A DNA stretch of 64,000 nt from an uncultured Chloroflexia bacterium (GTDB taxonomy: Bacteria; Chloroflexota; UBA6077; JACCZL01): assembly GCA_963765765.1 (NCBI GenBank), contig CAVXYC010000020.1, forward strand, positions 416,001-480,000, written 5' to 3'. The number at the start of each line of letters is the position of its first letter. The stretch's first letter is position 1. The translations under genes were made by a program, and so were the position numbers. The notes beneath the pieces were generated by a model. The model ran no database searches and was not told the DNA's origin. It worked only from the letters and a program-made list of their open reading frames with translations. Shown one piece after another: positions 56,006 through 64,000 of this stretch.

Positions 56006-56687
56006 GGCGACTAGGGAACCCGCCTGAAGCAGGCGGCCATGGACGTGAGCACGTCCAGCGGGTTCAGCAGCGGCTCGGTGTGGACCAGCGATGCGGCGAG
56101 CCGCGCGGAGATGAGCGTGGGGAGCATGGTGCGGCCATTCTACTTCTGGCGGTGGAGTATGGCGGGATGCGAGGCCCCTGAGCGTTTCAGCGGCGCCGAA
56201 CCCACCCTTCCGCGCCCGTTCTCGGGATACTCAGGAGAGCTGATGCTTCCCGACGTCCCAGGTGCTCGGCTTCGCCTCCCGTGGCGGATCGCCGTACCAG
56301 AAGTCCGGATAGGCTGGGAGCTGCTTCGGATCCGCCAGCTTCGCCCAGCAGGCATCGCGGAGTGCCCGCTGCTGGTCTTTCTCCAGCCGCATCGCCTGCA
56401 CGAGTTTGCAGGGTCAGGCGCCAGACCACGGAACGCTATGGCAGATCGATCAACTAGTCGCCTGCGCCCTCGGCCCACGCAGGCGAATCGTTGGCCCGTC
56501 TGAGCTATTGACGCTGGCCCGTGTGGGGTCTACTGTTCCGCTCGCATATCAGGACAACGGATTCAAGCGAGGGACCGCACAGCCATGACTGAACAGACCG
56601 CCGGATTCTCGGACGCTAACATTACCCGTTCTGTGCGCTGGTTGCAGCAGCGGGAGCTCTATCACTACGTAGAAAGAGGCTTCCCCC

Positions 56688-57967
56688 ATGCGCGCTGTCA
56701 CTTCGTCCGGCCGGTTCTGGCTTCCCCTCAGGCGCACACTCTCCGTCGCGATCGTCTTGTCCCTGCTGGTCAGCCTGCTGGCGCCGACGCTGCCCACCAG
56801 TGTCCAGGCGCAGGATCGTTCATCTCAAGTCGACGATCGCGTTCACCAGCAACCGGGACCAACCCCAACAGGATTGTCGTTGACCCCCCCACCGACATCT
56901 ACCTGATGGACCCGGACGGCACGAACGTGCGGCGTCTGACGGTCACGGCTGGTGAGTACAACACCTTTCCGATCTTGTCGCCGGACGGCAAGAAGATCGT
57001 GTTCGAGAGCACCCGGAACAAATTCGTCGCCGAGCGGGGACGCTACGGACCTGTTCGTGATGAACGCGGACGGCAGCGAGCTGTCGGCGCTGACCCTGGG
57101 CGCTTCCGTCAGCTGGTCGCCGGACAGCAAAAACATCGTGTTCCACGCCTCCCAGTCGGGCGAAGGGGTGCCCCCCGTGATGGACCCGGGCGGGGCGACG
57201 TCGGACAGCGACATCTTCGTCCTGAACGTGGACGACTGCCAAAAGGCAAACCAGCTCGCCAACGCAGACCGGACGAAGGGCCGCTGCCGCGACACAGCGC
57301 GGGCGAAGAACCTCACGAACAATGGGGGTGTCACGATCGACGGCGACCCGGACTGGTCGCCGGACGGGAAAACGATCGTCTTCACGAGCCTCGTCACGGG
57401 CACTGGTCCCGCGATCTACGTGATCAACGCGGACGGGACGGGGACGCGGCAGTCGCTGACCACCAACAACCCCATCCAGGGTCGTACGCCTGACTGGTCC
57501 CCAAATGGCAAACGCATTGCCTTCGTGATCCAGGATGTCGGAGGCGACGTCGGAACCGACCTCGAGATCTGCGTCATCAACGCGGACGGCACGGGCCTGG
57601 TGCGGCTGACCAACACGATCTCATCCCCGACGTGCGGCCGATGTGGTCACCCGATGGCCTACAGATCCTGTTCGCGAGGCCGTCGAAGCCGGACGGGGTG
57701 CGGGGAGTGCCAGCCCAGCAGCTCTTTGTGATGAATGCGGACGGCACGGGCGAGGTGCGGCTGACCAATGCCTTACCGGGCGCTATGGGCAATCGGCCGG
57801 TCGTCACCGCATTGGCGAGCTGGGGCTGGCTCAGGGTCCCCCCTGGTCCGCCCCCAACCGTGACGTCGACGCCCACCCGGACCCTCACAGTTACGACTAC
57901 TCCAACACCCGCGAACACGCCAACCATGACGCCGACGCTGACTGCTACAGCCACGCCGACACCGTAG
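56688..57967 (+). CDS. Secreted TolB-like PD40 beta-propeller protein with Thr/Pro tail (several indels)
   Basis: Signal peptide; repeated WSPDGKxIVF and MNADGT; TPTP tail. Confidence 0.82.
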
Positions 57968-58457
57968 GAGCCGCAGTGGCCGCAGCGCTCGACCATCACG
58001 GCAAGCGCGGCCAGTTGAGGACGCCATTCGCGTCGGCGTTCGTGGACGGGCCGCTCGACGACGACCTCGCGCTCGTTGTAGTTCTGAACGTAGGTGGTCG
58101 GACAGGCCGAATTGGCCGGCGTTCGCCACCAGGTCGACGAGCCACCGGAGCCCGCCTGCTCCCGTAACGGCGGCAGTGGAGGCAAGCGGGCAATGATGTC
58201 GTCGACCAGGGCGTCGGAGTCCATGCCAGGAGATCGCCTGACATCAGCAGCTCCGCCACACGCGTGGCGCCTGAAGCTGGTCAGACGCCCACCCGTCAGC
58301 GCAGAGCCCAAACACGGAATGGGGACAAAAAACGCCCAGAATTGCCGCCATGGGCGTCTGGTGAGGCGTGAGAAGCGTCCAGGATTTAACGTTCGGACGA
58401 ACGCGTGAGAACCTCACGTGAGGACCTTCCTCTATCTCCCGCGAGAGGCGGAGAACG

Positions 58458-58835
58458 ATGAAGTGGACCGACCTGGATGCTCTGGCGAATGCATTGCGTC
58501 GCACGCTCAAGCGTGGCTCCCTGCGCGGCCTCCCGCCGATCATCGACGAACCGACGCGGATATTCACCCCGGAGCTGCTGGCGCGGATCGTATTAGCCGA
58601 TATCGAGCACGTCCGCGAGTTGGAACGGGACGGTTCAAGTCCGAATTTGGACGAGCGACGCCAGGAGCTCGCGAATCTGATCTGTGCCCTGCTGGCGCTG
58701 CGGGCCGCCCATCGAAGGATTTCTCCGGCATGTCCGATAACGGGTATCGGGGGTCCCTACCGTGGATCACACCATGACTGGACCGCGCTTCATCGCCCCA
58801 GGTCTTCGGACACCACCCTCGCCCGATCTAGTTGA
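58458..58835 (+). CDS. Hypothetical helical protein
   Basis: GGAG RBS; LARIVLADIE..RRQELANL. Confidence 0.55.
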   Translation: MKWTDLDALANALRRTLKRGSLRGLPPIIDEPTRIFTPELLARIVLADIEHVRELERDGSSPNLDERRQELANLICALLALRAAHRRISPACPITGIGGPYRGSHHDWTALHRPRSSDTTLARSS

Positions 58836-58950
58836 CAGAAGACCGGGTGTGCGCCATGATTCTAGGTGGATCGGCCGGCTACCACCTCTGTACTCCGCCG
58901 GTCCATCCATACGGCCCCCGACGCAGTCGTGAGTCGGGGGCTCTCCTCTG
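58832..58950 (+). ncRNA. Candidate small RNA with own promoter and terminator
   Basis: TTGACA-17-CATGAT, hairpin 58867-58909, GC hairpin 58914-58941 followed by pyrimidine run. Confidence 0.45.
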
Positions 58951-59045
58951 CCCCGAATGCTGTTCTGATACCGCGAGGTCTTCTTGATACCACCCCGCCC
59001 CGCAGAGGCCGTTTCTCGTCACGCTGTGCGGGCGTGCGAGCGCCT

Positions 59046-59571
59046 CTAGCGAATGTGAAGCACGTAGCGATCGACGAGCAGCGCGCTCACGATCAGCCAC
59101 ACGACGCCCAGCACGAGAACCAAGCAACCGCCGAGATCGACGTCAGAAGCGACCCGCCCACGCGACACAAACGCAAGCAATCCTGGAATCCCTATCGCCC
59201 CGAGCCAGGCGAGAGCCACCCCCGTGAACACGAAAATCGCCAGAATATAGGGCAACTCCTGGGTAATCCTGATCCCGTCTGGCCCCAACCACGCGCCAGC
59301 GAACCACAATCCGAGCCCGACGAAGAACCATTGCTTTGAACGTGTCGTCTCTGCTCACCAGAATCGCCACCAGGGCCGCCGTTCCTGCCCCCCGACGTTC
59401 GGCATCGTCATAGGCGTACAGGGCGCCGGCAACACATCCATCCGAACGTCCCGCCCACGAGCGCAGCCCCCAGCGGGACGGCGCCCACACGTACAGCACC
59501 CCTCCTACGGTGATGAGGACAATGGCGAGCGTTACACCCACTGGCTCCCGTACCGGACTCTCGTTGCTCAT
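59046..59571 (-). CDS. Hypothetical membrane protein (frameshifted)
   Basis: Several hydrophobic segments across two frames. Confidence 0.45.
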
Positions 59572-59590
59572 TGCTCGTGCCGACGCATCA

Positions 59591-60084
59591 TCATGAACTC
59601 CAGAACCGCCGCAACCAGGCCCTGTAGCTCCATGGCCGCCGCCCACGCCCCTCGGCTGGCTGTGAGGCCGTGGTGTAGGTGTCCTGCACGGGTAATTCCA
59701 TCGTGGTGATGCCGTCTGGAGGGGTGCGCGGATCGGGTGCCTGCAACTGTGGCCGCTGTTCCTTGAGGTACTGCCACAGTTCCCGTGAGCGCTCGCGTTC
59801 CTCGTCCAGGTCATGGCGCAAGCCTTCGAGCTGGGCATTCAGGATTCTCACAGTTTCGGTGAGCGCGGCCACGGTGGAACCCTCCGGTGAATCACAGAGG
59901 GTGTCTGGGCATCTGCACCATTCGTGACGCCGTTCTCATCGGGCATCTGCACAAGCAGGCGGTAGCCCTGGGGTCGGGCCTCGCGCTCGGTGGGCAGCTC
60001 GCCGCGTTTAATCCGGCGCTTCAGCGTGACGACGCTACAGTCGAGCCGTTCCGCGGCGACACTCAGCGGCACCCATTCGGACAT
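59591..60084 (-). CDS. MerR/excisionase-like HTH + coiled-coil protein (frameshift near 59880)
   Basis: LSVAAERLDCSVVTLKRRIKRGEL, coiled coil, C-terminal RRPW..WLRRFW. Confidence 0.7.
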
Positions 60085-60347
60085 GCTCACCACCACCTCA
60101 CGCACGGGATCAGCCATGGTAGCGTGAGGCCCTGGCTGCAACGGTCGCTTGACGTATACAGCACCGCTACAGAGAGGGTGTCAGAGGACGGCTACACAGG
60201 GGATCACAGGGGATCAGACGCCAAAACGGGGCCGAAATGGGCCGCTCATGTAGATCTATGAGTTATTAGCTCTACCAGGCCGCTCTTACGTCAACTCCTC
60301 GCGGAGGGCCTCTCTGACGAAGTTATCGAGCTGGCTTTCTGAAATCC

Positions 60348-60713
60348 CTATCCACTCAGCGGTCGAATGAGCCACGCTCCCCTGGAGCGTACGACCCTCG
60401 GGGCCCTGTGTTGCATCGTCACGGGCACCCGTCCATCGGCATCGTCTCGGAGCTGTTCCACCGAGCGCCCCGTCCAGCGATACGGCACGATGACCCGCTC
60501 GTCAAGGACCCACAAATTCCGCGCAGCGTCCCAGGTTGCACAGTGGTAGTGCAGCCACATCCGCTCGCCGTCGCTGTTCACTTGCGCCGTGCAGTCGTCA
60601 TAGCCCGTCTCGTAGGAGATTTCGTCACACATCTCCACACCGGTGCCGTCCTTCTCGTCAATCGTTGGCCCCTGGACTTGCAACACCACGGCCAGCACAA
60701 GCGCCAGTATCAT
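60348..60713 (-). CDS. Small secreted hypothetical protein
   Basis: MILALVLAVVLQ signal; ATGA overlap with AbrB gene. Confidence 0.6.
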   Translation of the reverse strand: MILALVLAVVLQVQGPTIDEKDGTGVEMCDEISYETGYDDCTAQVNSDGERMWLHYHCATWDAARNLWVLDERVIVPYRWTGRSVEQLRDDADGRVPVTMQHRAPRVVRSRGAWLIRPLSG

Positions 60714-61012
60714 TCGTGCCCATCCTCAACGCCCTTCTCCGTCTGCGTCTGGCGGTGCGTCAGCGCGCCCTGGGGCACCTCACGCGGCTCATGCGCCCCC
60801 AGGCGATCGAGCAATCCACGATGCTGCTGGACGACCCGGCGGCCGCTCTCCTGGATCGCTGCCTCGTAGCTCTCGGGGCGAGTGATGAGCACGTCGCCGT
60901 TCTCGAGCGCTTGGATCACGACGCGTGTCCCAGCGGGATACTGGTCGACAATCGATCGCGGCAGCGTGATCACCGAGCTGTTGCCGACCTTCCGCACTTT
61001 CACGAGATCCAT
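60710..61012 (-). CDS. AbrB/MazE-family antitoxin-like DNA-binding protein
   Basis: VKVRKVGNSSVITLP; C-terminal GRRVVQQHRGLLDRL. Confidence 0.85.
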   Translation of the reverse strand: MDLVKVRKVGNSSVITLPRSIVDQYPAGTRVVIQALENGDVLITRPESYEAAIQESGRRVVQQHRGLLDRLGAHEPREVPQGALTHRQTQTEKGVEDGHE

Positions 61013-61029
61013 CAGCCCCCCATCCCTAC

Positions 61030-61045
61030 GTATATCTTTGTATAC
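61030..61045. promoter_or_regulatory. Putative AbrB autoregulatory palindrome
   Basis: GTATA-N6-TATAC AT-rich inverted repeat just upstream of the RBS. Confidence 0.45.
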
Positions 61046-61132
61046 ACCACAAACGGATGGTGTTCAAATGGGGTGTTTCCGGCATGCGCGGCGGCGTGCA
61101 CACGCTCCGTCGGAGTAGACTCGCTGACCGTT

Positions 61133-61336
61133 ATGACCCATCACCAGCTCCAGTGCTTCGCGCTCGAGCGGCTCGGCCGCCTGGTTGCGCTGCACGACCG
61201 CATGGATGCGTCCTGGACGCGGGCCGAGCGGCGCCTCGTCGAGCATGCGCTGTATGCGACCTATCAGGACTGTGAGCAGGCCGGCCTGCGCGTGGTGGCG
61301 CGAGCGGTGCTGGCCGAGATGCGGTCGAGCTGCTGA
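61133..61336 (+). CDS. 67-aa helical protein of unknown function (paralog of 29739)
   Basis: RLGRLVAL..RLVEHALYATYQDC. Confidence 0.62.
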   Translation: MTHHQLQCFALERLGRLVALHDRMDASWTRAERRLVEHALYATYQDCEQAGLRVVARAVLAEMRSSC

Positions 61337-61399
61337 TATGACCTGATTCGCGTTATCAGGTCGCTCTTATGTCTCAATGGTTCGCGGAAGCGCCGCCCC

Positions 61400-61908
61400 T
61401 CACTCAGCGGAACAGTTGCAGGACGGTCAGTGTCCCGGCCGCGGTGAGCGTCCGGCCCCGCGCCGGTGAGTGTGACCGTGGCCGGGTGCCGACCCCGCTC
61501 GTCCGCCTCCCCATCGGTGGGCAGGATGGTCGCGGTGTACAGATCCCCGGACCGGGTCGCTCGGAATTCGATGCCCGCGCCGGTCAGGCCGGCGATGCCG
61601 TCGTGGTCGAGGTCGGCGCAGCTCGCCCGGGGGGCTTCTCCGCCACCAGGATCGTGTTCGAGGTGCCATCCTGGACACGCGCCGCGCCCCCGACCCGCGC
61701 CTGGCCGTCCGAGCCGATGGTGAGTTGCCCCTGCAGCTCGAACTCGACACCGTGAAACGACCACGACACGATCCTCACATCTTGGAGCCCGGAACCGGAC
61801 CCGCCATCCGGCGGGTGTCAGGTCCCGTCGTGCTCGGCCCCGGCGGTGGCCGGCAGGAGCGCGAGCAGCCCGACTAGGAACGCGATGGGCAGATGCAAGT
61901 TTCGTCAT
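61400..61908 (-). pseudogene. Disrupted secreted protein with DGTSNT motif
   Basis: GGAGG RBS, signal-like LPIAFLVGLLALLPATAGA, in-frame TGA at 61818-61820, VQDGTSNTILVAEK. Confidence 0.5.
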
Positions 61909-62141
61909 CGCCGCCTCCGACCGGGTCCGCGCCCGGTCCGCCAGTCAGTCTAGCGCCGAGTGGGGTGCCCGGCAAGCCCTGTCCGAGTCAGGGTCATTCT
62001 CGGGCCGTTGCGAGGGCGGTTGAGCTATGATCGCACCGACAACACGAAAGAACGGCCCGGCCGGGTGCAGCTAACACCTGACCGAGCCTAACCACCGAAC
62101 CTGGTTGAGCAGGACGGGGCTTCCGTCATCGTATCAAAGCG

Positions 62142-62183
62142 AGGCGGCCTCCTCTTTTCCTGACAGGGGTGGCCGCCTTTTTT
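62142..62183 (+). terminator. Intrinsic terminator directly upstream of integrase start
   Basis: AGGCGGCC...GGCCGCCT followed by T-run. Confidence 0.7.
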
Positions 62184-62208
62184 GTTGATCTCGACGCGGA
62201 GGAATGAC

Positions 62209-63460
62209 ATGAGCAAGCGGGCGAACGGGGAAGGGTGCGTCTTTCAGGATGCGACTCGAGGGTGGTCCGTTGCGATCACGATTGACGGGCGGCGCGTGGT
62301 CCGCAAGGCGCCGGTCCAGACACGCACCGGAGCGGACCAGCTCCTCCGCAAGCTGCTGGCGGACCGCGATGACGGCGGCCTCGTGCGTGGCTCAATGACG
62401 CTGGAGAAGTACGTTCCGGAATGGCTCGAAGCGCTGGCACTCCGAGGAGTCCGGCCCCGGTCGCTAGAAGCGTATGAGGATAAAGTGCGGAAGCACCTGC
62501 TCCCGACGCTCGGCAAAACGAAGCTTGACAAGCTCACCACGCGGCAGGTGGAACGGGTGTACGCGGCCAAGCTCGCGGAGGGACTCGCACCCAAGAGCAT
62601 CGACCTTCTGCACACCGCATTCAACGGCATTCTGAAACACGCCAAGCGGCGCGGGATTATCACGCGCAACGTCCTGGAGCTGGTCGAGCGGCCGAAGGTG
62701 CCCAAGTTCGAGGCGCGGCCCCTCACGATCGAAGAAGCCCAGCGGTTGCTGGTCGCCGTGCAGGGGCATCGAGACGGCGCGTTCTGGACGTTCCTCGTGG
62801 GCACGGGGCTGCCGGTTCGGGGAAGCGGCCGGGCTCACGTGGGAGTCGGTGGATCTCGCGGCCGGTGTCGTGTCGATCCAGCAGGCGGCCGTGCGGATTC
62901 GGAAGAACGGAAAAACGCACATGGAGCTGGCGCCGACGAAAACGGCCGCCAGCGTACGCACGTTGCCGATTCCCCCCTGGGTGATCGAGGCACTCCAGTC
63001 TCAACGCAAGAGAGTCGCTGAGATGCGCCTGCCGGCCGGTCCAGTCTGGGACGGTATGGACCTAGCATTTCCATCCGACCGCGGTACCCCACTCCGCCAG
63101 GCCCACGTCCGCGAGCGCTGGATCGCAATGCTGGATGCGGCCGGTCTTCCGCGCTGCCGCATGCACGACCTCCGGCATACCTTCGCGACGATCATGCTCG
63201 ATAGCGGCGATGATCTGGTGGCGGTTCAACGCTCGCTCGGACATAGCAAGGTGAGCATCACGGCGGATCTGTATGTCGGGCGCGTACCGAATGCTCAGCG
63301 GCGGGCTGTGCTGCGCTACGGCGAGTTGCTTTCGACGGTCAGTCAGGCCCTGGAGCAGACCCGTGAATCAGCCAGGCCTGCCACGGAGCGGAGTGACAAC
63401 CCGCATGAGCACCCACGATACGCTGATCATCCGTCAGTGTGTGCTGAAGGCCGCGGCTGA
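62209..63460 (+). mobile_element. Tyrosine recombinase/integrase (phage/ICE type; frameshift near 62810)
   Basis: KRANGEG, GTGxRFGE, KT, HDLRHTFAT, LGHSKVSITADLY. Confidence 0.92.
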
Positions 63461-63530
63461 GTTTTGTGCAAGTCGGCCAGAGCTGAAGTCGGGCCGGATC
63501 TCTTTTTGCTCGCTGCGCGCTCGGAGGAGT
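63405..63530 (+). CDS. Small hypothetical protein (end uncertain)
   Basis: MSTHDTLIIRQCVLKAAAEFCASRPELKS. Confidence 0.4.
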
Positions 63531-63774
63531 AGGTCACACGCTGAGGCCTCACCACCCCATCCAGCCGCATCCCCAGCCGAGGACGTGGTTAGAGTTGGTA
63601 TGCCAACCACGACCGCGACCGGGGGCGTCCCCCAAAAGGAGACCTCTTCATCATGACACTCAGCGATCAGGAAATCAAAGCGTTCATCATCCAGCCAGCG
63701 GGCGTCTGGGAAGGCCCGAGCGAAGCGAAGCCCCCGGAATCCCCGGGTGCTTCTTTACGTTTCAATGTCTCGGG

Positions 63775-64000
63775 ATGACTATCGCTGTCGCCGCAACTTT
63801 CCCATGGGGTCACATGCGCAATGTGGCGAACAGCTTACCGCGAGGCGTCTCGATGGAAGAAGGGGTCGTGCTCGCGACAGACAGCCGATTCACGCTGCAA
63901 GACGGCTCCTTTGTTGACGACGGTAGGAAGATTTACCACTTGCCCCCTGACGCAGCTGCCGTTGCCTACGCCGGCGACATCCTAATTGCTCAGGGGGCGA
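63775..64000 (+). CDS. Proteasome-beta-like Ntn-hydrolase fold protein, truncated by window end
   Basis: Hand translation MTIAVAA..EGVVLATDSRFT..DDGRKIYHL..AVAYAGD (Thr1, DSR, K, AG pattern). Confidence 0.7.
   Translation, partial: MTIAVAATFPWGHMRNVANSLPRGVSMEEGVVLATDSRFTLQDGSFVDDGRKIYHLPPDAAAVAYAGDILIAQGA

Noticed and set aside
61818-61820. Selenocysteine or readthrough at the in-frame TGA
   Set aside because: Not a redox motif position, no evident SECIS, and the gene has other disruptions
1-64000. CRISPR array, rRNA or intact tRNA genes
   Set aside because: No regularly spaced repeat-spacer series and no complete cloverleaf or rRNA signature seen by eye

Overview
High-GC bacterial window, probably Chloroflexota (inferred from gene content and lineage-typical hypothetical proteins). 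Many conserved genes are split by single-base indels, most likely long-read assembly errors. Bases 1-24,300 are core genome: a methylmalonyl-CoA/acyl-CoA operon (acyl-CoA dehydrogenase, thiolase, epimerase, B12-binding mutase subunit, meaB), an MFS transporter, a PLD-family protein, uvrB-uvrA, miaB, an acyl-CoA ligase, an enoyl-CoA hydratase, dtd, a membrane glycosylation cluster and several REP-like palindrome families. Bases 24,400-64,000 are a mosaic accessory region with gene relics. It holds a signal-peptide-less copper radical oxidase plus heme peroxidase pair, an ftsH paralog, a GH99-like hydrolase, TolB-like and Calx-beta proteins, a degenerate HNH protein, an orphan AbrB antitoxin, a tyrosine integrase plus a relic copy, candidate structured RNAs and a truncated proteasome-beta-like Ntn protein at the right edge. 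The most notable element is a tandem array (38.3-44.8 kb) of secreted paralogs with the architecture signal peptide, C2-like domain with hypervariable and often Cys-bracketed loops, CARDB, Pro-rich linker, conserved CARDB. It lies divergent from an XRE-HTH/STAND-ATPase/TPR regulator and decays at its distal end. All family calls come from motif recognition by eye; no database searches were run.
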